Shown piece after piece: positions 49,601 to 60,486 of a stretch of DNA of 64,000 bases. Numbering within the stretch: position 1 is the stretch's first letter; each line of letters begins with the position of its first letter. Origin of the DNA: Spizellomyces punctatus DAOM BR117 (Eukaryota); NCBI GenBank assembly GCA_000182565.2, contig KQ257473.1, one strand, 5' to 3'. The position numbers were made by a program, and so were the translations under genes. Under the pieces are notes generated by a model. The model had not been told where the DNA came from, made no database searches, and worked only from the letters and a program-made list of their open reading frames with translations.

Positions 49601-49655
49601 TTTCCAGTTCTGCTAAAAGGTCCAAAAAGTTTTGTTCACCAGCAGCTTGTGCCAT
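43603..49655 (-). CDS. SKI2: Ski2 DExH RNA helicase (cytoplasmic exosome cofactor), many introns
   Basis: [41 protein letters not shown]-rich insert, C-terminal [13 protein letters not shown]; long Ski2-type N-terminus. Confidence 0.93.
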
Positions 49656-50121
49656 GGCTGTAAACCAAACAAACAAAAACGATACGGCAATGAACAAGTC
49701 CAAAGTGGTAATGCCAATTGGCAAGCTGGCAGGCAGATCGCTGGATAACGTGATCTCACATGACCCATATATCTCATAATGAAATGAACGCGTCTGCCTC
49801 CTCCCGATCAGATTTAATAATCAATAACCAGTTTCCTCCTTCTTTTTCCCACGCACTTGCCGACTAGATGAACATGCACTACAAATACATAGGAAAATAG
49901 ATATACCATCAGATATGCTTTGTATCGCTAATAACATGATACTTCAGGCTGACTCTGATACCATTACCATATCGTAAACAAGATCTGGTCCAATCTCAAT
50001 GTAGATGGAAGCGTTTTGCCTTGATAGATAGACACTTGTTTGCAGTTGATAAATGTTCATTTGCAGGTCTTTACGCCGTCTGTCAGCTGACTCATTAATG
50101 TTCCCATAGCGACCAACCCTT

Positions 50122-50127
50122 TATAAA
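50122..50127 (+). promoter_or_regulatory. TATA box of the putative snoRNA host transcript
   Basis: TATAAA about 25 nt before the first repeat unit, divergent from SKI2. Confidence 0.5.
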
Positions 50128-50261
50128 GACGTTTTTTTTCTTCCAGAGCGGTTTCCCACGCTTGTTTTTCCTTCCTTCTCCTCACGATCATCTTCAAGGC
50201 GAGTCATCGGTTGGACGGCATTTGCATACGGTACGTTGCTACAGCCAGAGATGCATGATGA

Positions 50262-50333
50262 AAGGTCACAAAGGATGAAGTACGATCTCTGATATCATGA
50301 TTATATCGAAGCTTTGTGCTCTGATGTGACCTT
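50262..50333 (+). ncRNA. Box C/D RNA copy 1
   Basis: Stem AAGGTCACA/TGTGACCTT; C AGGATGA 50272; guide AGTACGATCT; D' CTGA 50289; C' ATGATTA 50297; D CTGA 50321. Confidence 0.75.
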
Positions 50334-50566
50334 CATAGCATGACCTATTTTTACTTTATGCGTCAACTGATTGCTAACGAAGCTTTTGTCTTTTCTTCTT
50401 CTCATATCTGCCGCGCACCTTTACGGGCTTGCCTCTTTCTTCCAAGGCCCAGTTTCCAACGCTTGTTTTTCCTTTCTTCTCCCCCACCATCATCTTCAAG
50501 GCGAGTCGTCGGTTGGACGGCATTTGCATACGGTACGTTGCTACAACCAGCGATGCATGATGCATG

Positions 50567-50638
50567 GAAGGTCATAAAGGATGAGGCAACGCCCCACCTG
50601 ATAACATGATGATATCCGCATGCTCTGATGTGACCTTC
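50567..50638 (+). ncRNA. Box C/D RNA copy 2
   Basis: Stem GAAGGTCATA/TGTGACCTTC; C 50578; guide GGCAACGCCCCAC; D' 50598; C' ATGATGA 50606; guide TATCCGCATGCT; D 50625. Confidence 0.78.
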
Positions 50639-50865
50639 GTAGCATGAGCTTTACTTTACTCTTTCATGCGTCAACTGATTCGCTAACGATGCTTTTCTCC
50701 TTTCTTGACCCATATATCTGCCCCGCACCGCTATGGCTTTGCCCCTTTCTTTCCAAAGGGCAGTTTCCCACGCTAGCTTCCCCGCCTCCCCCCACCACTC
50801 TCGACGCGGAACATGGGTTCAACATTTGAACCATCCGGTACGTTGCTACACACCAGAGATGCATG

Positions 50866-50960
50866 GAAGGTCACAAAGGATGAGGTACCATCACCCTGAT
50901 ATAATGATTATATCGTCATTCACCACGTCGGCGACGACGTGGTGCTCTGATGTGACCTTC
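50866..50960 (+). ncRNA. Box C/D RNA copy 3
   Basis: Stem GAAGGTCACA/TGTGACCTTC; C 50877; guide GGTACCATCACC; D' 50896; C' 50904; internal 10-bp hairpin with GCGA loop; D 50947. Confidence 0.75.
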
Positions 50961-51190
50961 GTAGCATGGGCTCTTTCTTTACTCTTCATGCGTCAATTGA
51001 TTCCTAACGATGCTTTTGTCCTTTCTTCTTCTCATATCTGCCACACACCGGACGGGCTCGCCCTTGTCTTCCAAGGCTCAGTTTCCCACGCTTGCTTCCC
51101 CGCCTCCCCACCATCATTTTCAAGGCGAGTCGTCGGTTGGACGACACTTCCATAGGGTACGTTGCTACAACCAGAGATGCATGATGCATG

Positions 51191-51276
51191 GAAGGTCACA
51201 AAGGATGAAGTACGATCTCTGATATCATGATTATATCGTTATTCGCCACACCCCCGTGGTTTCTGATGTGGCCCTC
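51191..51276 (+). ncRNA. Box C/D RNA copy 4
   Basis: Stem GAAGGTCACA/TGTGGCCCTC; C 51202; guide AGTACGATCT (same as copy 1); D' 51219; C' 51227; D 51263. Confidence 0.7.
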
Positions 51277-51970
51277 GTAGCATGAGCTTTTCATTCCTTA
51301 TGCATCAACTGATTGCTAACGATGCTTTTTTCCTTTTTCACATATCTGCTGCACACCTGTATAAGCACCTTTGCCGATGTTGGATGTAACACACCAAGTC
51401 GCTAGTCGCGCGATGGAAACCGCCATGCACACGTTAACGTTCGTTGGCGCTGGCTTCGAGCATCCTATTAATGAGTTATCCGCGGACATTGGTAACAATA
51501 TTCCTCACTTGCACAAGGCCGTGTTGCGTGCGTTATTATATAGGATAGGTTTCACTCTATTAAATATTCCTATTGTCCGTAGTTGGTTGTGTTGACAATC
51601 AAATATATATTACTTTTACACATTGTTTACACCAAGAATAACATCTCTTGCGATGGTCACTCCATTGAATATCAGAAGATACCAAACTGAAACTTGGCTT
51701 AATGCGGCAGTAAGTTTTTATGGGTATTGATGCCTGCAGTTTTCAAAGAGTTGCACTGTCAAAAACTGTAGTTGTTGATAATTATCGTGAATGCATGCAG
51801 GTTTTGCTTTTCCATCGTCTTTCTTGCATGGAGAAACCATTTATACTTGCATCTTCAGCACCTTACAAGGCTCACTTTCCAGCACTTGCATCCCCCCACA
51901 TCGCCCTCGAGACGTTGGACAACATTTCAACCATCCATCCGATACGTTGCCAAAACTAGAGATGCATGGT

Positions 51971-52038
51971 GAAAAGTCACAAAGGATGAGGTATATGATT
52001 ATATCCCCGTCGCAGACATGGTGTTCTGATGTGAATTC
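51971..52038 (+). ncRNA. Box C/D RNA copy 5, degenerate
   Basis: C 51983, C' 51995 and D 52026 retained; D' box and most of the first guide deleted; donor mutated to ATACGT. Confidence 0.5.
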
Positions 52039-52186
52039 GTGGCATGAGCTCCTTTTACTTTATGCGTCAACTGATTGCTAACGAGGCTTTTTTCCTTATT
52101 CACATATCTGCCGCACACCTGTATTGGCCCCTTTGCTGACGTTGGATGGATCACACCAATTCGCGAGTTGCCAACGGAGACCATCA

Positions 52187-52646
52187 TGGACACGCCAACG
52201 TTCGCTGGAGCTAACAAGAAAACCGGCAATGATTTCAAGGCAGCATCAACCGTTAATGAAAAAAATTTGACGAAGAGGCAAATGCCGGCTACGGAGGTTG
52301 TCGGGAATACTAAAAGGAAGAAGCCTAAGAAGAAGACCATTCTTTAATTTGGGCTCTACCTCAGCATACTCTTTCCCACCTCCCTCCACGGCCTTACCCA
52401 AAGCTTGCTGCGTGCGGCCCAGGACACGCTCACCACCAGTGGCGCGCCAAACCTCTTAGGGGGTTACCGAAACCGTCACCCACTCGACCTACCCGACCAC
52501 AACACAGATTGGCAGCCGATCGCATGTACCCAGGGATCCTGAGGTCACGAGGATGTCGAGAATCCAAAGAAGCCGCCTAAAAAGAAGAGGAAGAAAAACA
52601 ATGGCACTTCAACTGAAGATGCTTCACAAACGGCGGGGCCATCCGG
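52187..52646 (+). pseudogene. Disrupted Lys-rich ORF downstream of the box C/D array
   Basis: MDTPTFAG..KRKKPKKK then stop at 52347; later segment ENPKKPPKKKRKKN ending at a GTATGG donor-like site. Confidence 0.4.
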
Positions 52647-53369
52647 TATGGGATATCCTTGGATAGGTTTACCTAACGGGTGAACACTATCCTATTTATT
52701 GGTTTAAGCCGATAATCTAAAGTTATTCATTACAGAGCATGATAAGATGTGTGATTTATTCGACCTTTTTCAACTTTCTCAATTATATCGTTAGGAAAGA
52801 CAATAATATTATTGTAAAACTTTTTAGCCTGTTGGTATTAATGCAGTAAATCCTTGGTTTTTATAGGCTAGTTGTGTATTGTTAGCTTCAGGTTTTGTTA
52901 CTGTACTCTTGGGTGCTTTCTTCTTATTTCTTCAATATAATGAATATTATTACGGTGAATTTACCATTGCTGATAGTGTATTTGGTTCGGTGTTCTACTG
53001 AGAGTACCGCGAAAATCTCAAAAAAAAAAAAAAAAAAAAGAGCCAGAGGAAGGCGAAAGATCGGCAGGCTTGATCATTATTTGACTCCGACCTCATTTGG
53101 TTTCGTGTATGGTGTTAATGGGTTACTGGTGGACATTTGTAACAATATTCCCCACCTGCACAAGGCCATGTTAGTCGGTTTTTATGTAGGATAGGCATCA
53201 CTCTGTACAATGTTCCTACAGTCCGTAGTTGGTTGTGTTGACACTCAAACTTTTTGACATTAACACTGTTCCACCACCGAGAATGAGATCTCTTTAGATC
53301 GTCACTTCATTGAATCAAAAGGTCTCAAACGTGGAGCATGCACCAAACTGAGAATGACACCTTGGCTAA

Positions 53370-54870
53370 TTAGGAGAACATGTTCACTTGTATTGAAGCC
53401 TGCACGTTACATGTATCGTGAATGTATACAGGTTTTGCATTTCCATCATCGTCCTTGCAAGGAAAACCCAACTGCAATGCATCTCCCAGCACCTGAGGAT
53501 CACTACTCGTATTAACGTATTCCCGGACCAGCTCAGCACTTTCATATGCAACCCACTTCATATGCTCTGCCATATGCATGTATATATACAAACCCTTTGT
53601 CCATTTGTCCGGTGAATACATCGATACAGGTGTTAAGTTTGCCAACCATCTCCCCACCTTCAGACTCGAATTGTCTTCTCTGGCAAATTCCTCGGGCATT
53701 TGGCGCCTATTGTGGACCCTGGAGTTCTGATCTATCAAAACCGCAGCGACTTCTTGCACTCGAGCTTCCAGAGAATGGGCATCCAAGAGAGGTTCAAGCT
53801 ACTGTCACGCGAGGCTCACACCATAATTGCTACGACATACACGCACCAAGCCCCCACACCATGTCCCTCTGCACATGCAGAGCAGGCAGGAAGCTCCTGC
53901 AAGACTGGCTTGGATTTCTAGTCTGACTGGGGACACCGAGTCAATGTGCAAACTGTCAACACATTTTTGAGCTGCACTGCAGCCTGTCCATGGTGAGGTA
54001 CAGGACAAATCAGTTGGGCAGCCAGCTCCAATACTAGCCCCTGTGGCCACAGCTGCAACTGTAGCTAGTTCTTGGTGAGTGTAGCTCCCATAAGGAGTAC
54101 CTCTGTGGCTGTAGCTGCCCTGCAGCCTGTTGATGGTGCATGCAGGACAAGGCAGCTGCAGCTTCCCAGTTTGCCAGCTCCAATAGTAGATCTGAGGCTA
54201 CAGATGCAACTGTAGCTAGTTCTTGGTTGAGTGCCATCCTTATGTAATGGATTTCTGGATTATCCAATTGAACCAATCTCATAGCTAACCAATGATTGGT
54301 TTATCAGATTGGTTCATTCCAATGTGATTGTAGTGGCCACTTATCTCAGGAAGCTTTGAGTCCTCAGCTTGTCATTTCCTTTGGCCATTTGCAAGCATTC
54401 TTCATCTCACCAGCAGGCATTTCACACTCCATACATTGCCCTGAAGGTTGACTCGGTGTGTTTCCAAGAAAACAAACCTTGTAAGCCAATACACGCGTGT
54501 AGATCACTTTCTCACATCATTTGAGAATGGTTCTCCTAACATGCCCAGCAAACCTGCCGCAGATTTCTCTACATCGCTTTGTGAAGCCATACCACTCTTT
54601 GGCGGAGAGTCTTGACTTGTCTCTCTGCTCTGAAGGAAGAGAGACATCGTATGGATGACCTGCCAATTGCGAGGAATTCCATAGCAGATTGAATCCTATA
54701 GTGAATCCCCAAGTGGATGCCATTGGCCATCCCATAGTTCCAGCAGGTAAGCATTGCAAACAGCTTCATTAGAACGAATGAAACGGCATGTGTCAAGAAA
54801 TGGGGAAAGATGTCTCCATTTCGCAGATATTGGAGGATTCGGTGCATGAATACACCATCAAATATGTCCA
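53370..54870 (-). pseudogene. Fragmented ORF with a KCTD-type BTB/POZ-like remnant
   Basis: DGVFMHRILQYLRNG resembles the F..IL.YLR.G BTB motif; broken frames, interrupted by a CpG-free tract. Confidence 0.4.
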
Positions 54871-54982
54871 GACTACTAGTTGAACTGTGGACTGATGTTT
54901 ATCTCTACTAGGAAAACCGCGTTCCATACGCTATTTCCTCAACCCTTTTTCGTTGGCGTAGATTTGCAGTCTGTTTGGGCAT

Positions 54983-57900
54983 ATGGAAATTGACCGTCGA
55001 TTGCCTCGTGGCAATGTTTTCAACCCGGATAGCGAAGACCAGGTACAGGGCGCGTGGCTACGGGAGAACCGCGATGTTGTTGGCACAACAGTCATTGCTC
55101 CTCGTCGATCTAGCAGAGCAAAGCGGTCAGCATCTCAAATGCGAAGAAGCTCTGATGGTAGTGGTGAAGCCGCAGTGGAAGAATCGGATTCTCCAACTTT
55201 AAAGCGAATTAAACGGTTACAAGGTTTGCTGAGAGATGCGAGAAGCTCCAGCCCTTCAACTACCACAAGTAGCGACGATCAGTTGTCCCCTTCTGGCCCT
55301 CTCGCACCACAATATACCGATACGACATTGATGCGTATTGCTTGTGGACCTTGCGACAACAAAGAGTGGGAATCACTAAGCGATGCAGGTCGACCTCACG
55401 CGCAATCTTGTCAAAACCACGAACCCCCAAAGATGCGCAAAACAGATGCTGGCGCCACGACCTATCAACCATCTCCGACACCCGATCGACAAGGAAAACG
55501 TAAGAAGCGGGTGCAAGTAATGATCGATCTATGGGTGCCATATCGGACGGTCGCGAAAACAGAGAATACCCGGAGACAGGGTAAGAAGAGCGCACACGTC
55601 GATGATAATCCTGAACGGCGAGTCACCAGAGCGTCTGCGCGGCGGCGGAGCACGGGCGCGGGAAGCGCTACTACTGACGAGGATGCTGCTCTGGAAGCAT
55701 CTTCCGAACCAACGCCAAAAGATGCGCTTCGAAATTTGGCTCCTGCTGTGTACGGAGCATTTGCTTACGCCCAGACGAAGAAATGGGGCATATGGGATAA
55801 GATGTGGAGACAAAGGGAACAACAGCAGCGGTCCATGGGGAAGCACATCGTGACAGAATCGAAGGCAGCTCGTACCAAGCCTGTCGAAAGAGAATATTTT
55901 TTTGCTGCAAGTGCGTGCCTGCTTGGGTTGCAACGTTTAGCACTTATGCTGAAAAGTTAGGGTTGCCTGATTAGAGCGCGCATATTATCACACAAATCTT
56001 GGCCTTTTGGATTCTCCTGGGGCACTCCTAGCGGAAAGCAAAACAGGCAAGGGGTTAAACACGGATGAGATGAAAAACATTCTCGATACGCAAGGCTTCG
56101 TGTACGAAGTCAAGGGCCAAAAGATTGCCCCCAAGGGACCTAAACGAGGGCTGAGCCGCATTCTTGAGTCAAGGGAATGTGGCAGTCTTGCTCCTGGTAG
56201 CTCAGGGATAGTGACGGTAAGTCTAAGAACATGATGTATCCACTTGATTGGGAAAGCCCTTTGCTGATTGTACTTACAATCTTAGCTGATGGCAGCGCGT
56301 AGCATCCATCGTTTCCGCCAAGTTGCATCTCATCAGCTTGGTAGTGGGCATACGTCCGCGTTGCAATTCGCAAGAGTTCCCTTCGACATTGATGGCGAGC
56401 GGATTGAGCATCGCTTAATGCTCGCATCGTCACATTTGTCAGATCAGTCCACACAGTACAATAAGCCAGGAACAGTAATCATGTGGGATGTGGAATGCGC
56501 AGGATGGGAAGACTCGAATCCCGGTAAGATTCCGTTCATTTATTTATAGTGTGCTACATGAGCTTATAACGACCTAATTTTTATTGTAGAGTTGCTCCGG
56601 GCTGTCGGTGAAGCCGATGAAGCCGATGTAATTAGATCGCACACTTGGACAAGTCCAGATGGTCAAGGTAAGTTCATTTTTTCATTCTATCGTTCGCTGG
56701 TCCTTATACCTGATATGAATTTCATTCACATTCACATAGTCCTATCCTCAAATGTTATGGACTTGACCTTTGCGACCGACGGTGCGTTTCTCTTCACTGC
56801 AGCTGCCCAAGATCCCGTTGTCAAAGCGTGGCAGTCGCAGGACGGCACGCTATTTCAGGAGATGAAAATGAAGGCAAAGGGTAGATGGGGAGATCGTAAG
56901 TTTCGGTCTCGTAGCGTATAAGATTAAATGTCACGTTCACCGTCTCCTCTTTTAGGCTCACCACGGTATCGCAACATGGGCATGCAAAAACTTACAGTGA
57001 AGCCATCCTCGTCGGATTGCGTAGTGGCGGGCGCGGGATATGATGGATCAATTAGGGTCTTTAGCATGTGGGCCAAACCTGCGGGGGCTGACGTGACATG
57101 GGGATATCATGACATGAGCCCAGATCTCGAGGAGGTCGAGAAGTACGTGGAACCTCGGCTGCCAAGTGTGTACTTAGAACTCATGAATTTTGTTTTCTTA
57201 TGTCAGGTCTGGCGACGTTTTTCGTGTCGCTACTGATGTGGCATTTGGGCATGACGCTTCCAAGAAATATCTTATCGGAGGATTTGAAAGATTTCGAGGA
57301 GGTCGAGGATCAGGCCAGGTTTGTCGCGTGTCTCGCACGTGCGAAGAGTTTCGAGTCTCACTTACTTACTCTCGGCGCGCGTCTAGGTCAAAGTCTATGA
57401 CTACGAAGTCGGTTCTCTGATCGGCAGATTTGACATTGGCGAGAATGCGGTAGCAACGCTGCGTGTTTCGCCGTTGGGTAAGAAACCAGTCCAGCCCATG
57501 TTGGACCGATATTTTGTCTAATAGAGAACGTCGTATATTTGCAGGTAGCTCGCTGCTAGTAGGGACAACAGGCAACGCGCCATTACCAGGGGAAGAAGAA
57601 GCCGATTTTCAAGATCAGGGAGACGGGAAACTACGTCTCTTTGATCTGCGTAACGTGGGTCAGTCATCTGGGGGACTGAGCTCAGTTCTCACTTTCAACA
57701 CGGATCAAACTGATCACAACGTTGTTGGATTCAGGTATGTTGGTTGCTCATGTTGCACCTCCAAGGAGTTTAGCAAGAGACACTCACTTTGCTACTGGTG
57801 TATCGTTGATCAGTCCGTGCGAACATTACGTTTTCTCCTGTAGCGATCCCGATGGGACAAACCGCAAGCCCCATACTGTAGTCTTTGACCGACGACATCC

Positions 57901-58455
57901 CAAAAAGCCCCTGTTGTATAGCCCTTTGCGATTGGAACATCATGGTATGCTTATCCTCTTTACGGTCCGGTTTAGCCAACGTTAATCAGAAAATGCTAGC
58001 TCCTCCGCGCGGCAACTCTGGTGATGGCGTCACCTGTGCTTACTGGACAAAAGGTGGATTACTCCTGACGGGGGGCCAAGACGAGATGGTACTCAAAATC
58101 GATGGTAATCCTGGCCCATTCCTGTATTAACCATCTAATGCAAACTATATAGGTACGCGTGTGGGATGTGCGTCGAGGAGACCCACTTGTACGTGTTTTG
58201 GATGGACACGCTGGCCCGGTAACAGCCATGGCAATGTCGCCAGGTAAGAATGCTTGGAAGATAAGTCTGTGAAGAAAGAAAACGAGCAGACATTTATACC
58301 CCGTGACAAATTCTACAGACGAAGACTGGTTAGCTGTCGGAACAACCACTGGAAAGGTTCACCTATGGACAATGCAGGATCAGGAACATTGTGTGAAAAT
58401 GTGGGATGACGCTGTTGGGAGGGGAAGACGGTTGGGGGAGATTCAGGTGGCGTGA
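54983..58455 (+). CDS. WD40-repeat protein with disordered N-terminus (possible DCAF, Raf1/DIM-9-like)
   Basis: VIMWD, VKAW, DGSIRVF, DGKLRLFDLR, VVFDRR, LLTGGQDEM|VRVWDVR, GHAGPVTAM, GKVHLW; stop 58453-58455. Confidence 0.8.
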
Positions 58456-59412
58456 AGAATTCGCCCGCATTTTTTAATTAGCGATCTGGAAAGTTTTTGG
58501 CCATGCAGGGTTTCGATATATGGCGGACTTGCATGAAGAGTAGTTGATCGATTTGAACAAAAATGGCTGCTTTGTTTTGTTGCATGCCTTGGAAAGATGC
58601 ATTGGCAAATATATGAACAATAGTGTGGTAACCTGTTTCAACGATCTTTTTATGAATTTTGCTTCATATCACATATCACGTATTCCGCTTGTTCATTGCG
58701 GTGAACAAGAGAAAAAAGGCAGACAGATCCCCTTTGTGTATCTGATGTGATAGAACATACGCCAAACCAGCACAGGAAATGCCAAGTACGGCCCAGCAAA
58801 TCCATTTTTTGAAGCCAGGATGTTTGAGCGAATACCATAGCGTGATATCAACGTAAGTACCGTAAGGTTAGTAGTGCGCAATCTTCGTACCAATAGGACT
58901 TCTAGGTAGGCAACCGCAATGGAACTCCACGGATTGCTGCCGCATATTCAACAATTCTAGGTGCAATAATCTTTGCGTTGTGACGAACGCGTCCAATACG
59001 CGCTTGGTAATCAGATACATACCGCGTTTCGCGTTTCTCGCGCGGTCTTCCATATTCTTCGTGTTCTTTGTGTTTTCGCGCTCGCGCCTTTGAAAACTCT
59101 ACACGTGCGTGACAACAGTTCTACACGTTCCCGACGCTCAAGCATAAAAAGGGGACTGCTCACCCTTCTCCCCGCACCCGAGCCGACCGCATATTTTGCA
59201 AATCGAGAAACAGCGACTCCATTCATTGTGGACAAACATTGTGAGTATTTTTGTTGCAGCACGGATTGTATTTATCATCTTTTACAGGAAATGCGCAACC
59301 CACGAACGCCAACCAATCTATTTACACGAGTTGAAACTCTCTCCTCCACCTGCAAATAACGCTACTATTCTCTCTTTCCACGCACAAAGTGTTCGTTTTC
59401 CTCTTTCAAATG

Positions 59413-59788
59413 TCATTCCTCCTCCGTGTCTTCTTGGTCGCCATCTTTGTCGTCGCTCACGATATCCTCGTTATCCTCTTTACCGACCTCTTTACGAAGC
59501 GTTCTCCAATGACTGCCGAGTAGCTTGTGGTCCACACCTCTGAGCTTGTTAAAGATCTCCGCGATTTTGAGCCAGTTTGTGCCATGCTCTGCGACGAGGG
59601 ATTTGATGAGATCGTCCTCGTCCTTTGTCCAAGAGCGATTTGGTGCCCTCTGTGTTCAACAAGAGTTTTTGAGAGAAGGTCAAAAGGAACAAGGCAAGTG
59701 TCGACATGGTTGTTACCTTTTTCTTTTGGGGGCCATTTTCTTCGGCTGCACCGCTGTTTGTGGGCGGGTTGATTTTGCGTTTTGCCAT
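59413..59788 (-). CDS. 102-aa single Myb/SANT-domain protein (exons 59788-59717 and 59649-59413)
   Basis: Spliced product MAKRK..PQKKK|RAPNRSWTKDEDDLIKSLVAEHGTNWLKIAEIF..SHWRTLR plus acidic tail; three regularly spaced Trp. Confidence 0.85.
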
Positions 59789-60486
59789 GGCAGGGACAAT
59801 GGTAAGTTAAAAACAATGTTTGGGACTTGATGAAAGCAATGCTTGACTTTGCAGATGAAGCGAACGATGGAAAGGGTAAGCTATAGATAGCTGGGCAATG
59901 CACAAATGTGAAATCAAGCTTATTGAGCCAAGTCACGTTCTGACAACTGCTGCCCAAAAAGACTGCCCGCCCCGGTCGGGAAGCTACACACTAGTCAACT
60001 GAGTCACATTTGGCAAAAGAAGCTTTTACCACTCTTTTGCACAGATGAATACATGTTAGGGACATGGTGTCTGGATGAGGCTACACATCTCGTGCGCTTC
60101 TGATGAGGATCGCATTGAAAAGATGGGAATGAAACCAAAACGCACGAGCATCGTTTTCCATACGTCTTTGCCCAATCCTCCTTCCTCAACATGCATCAGA
60201 CTGTTCAAGCTTCGGGCGATGATTACGCTAATCATTGCATAAGCATATTACCATATTTTGTCCGAAAGATAAACGAGGAAAACACGGCCCGAGTGTTGCC
60301 ATGGTAATAAACCAATATCGGATAAAATCGGATGTTATTATGTAAATAGAGCCAATGAATGGAATGAGTGGCGAGGGTCACGGAAAAAAAAACAGGTATT
60401 TGAAGCAGCCAACGTATTTCAAGCCTTTTCTTCCTTTCACCTTCCAAACTCTTCCCTCCTCCTTTCCCCATCAGAAACCAAACGCA

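Larger units (their letters stand above)
50150..52120 (+). repeat. Tandem array of about 300-320 bp exon-intron units (four adjacent, fifth displaced), each with a box C/D RNA
   Basis: Units start near 50150, 50452, 50762, 51081, 51877; donor GTACGT at 50231, 50533, 50838, 51157; branch CTAAC near 50374, 50683, 51004, 51316, 52078. Confidence 0.9.

Noticed and set aside
50150..52120. CRISPR array
   Set aside because: Eukaryotic context, 300-bp units with splice signals, no cas genes.
60100..60120. Second CTGATGA..GAAA hammerhead-like word
   Set aside because: Stem II does not pair and flanking helices are missing.
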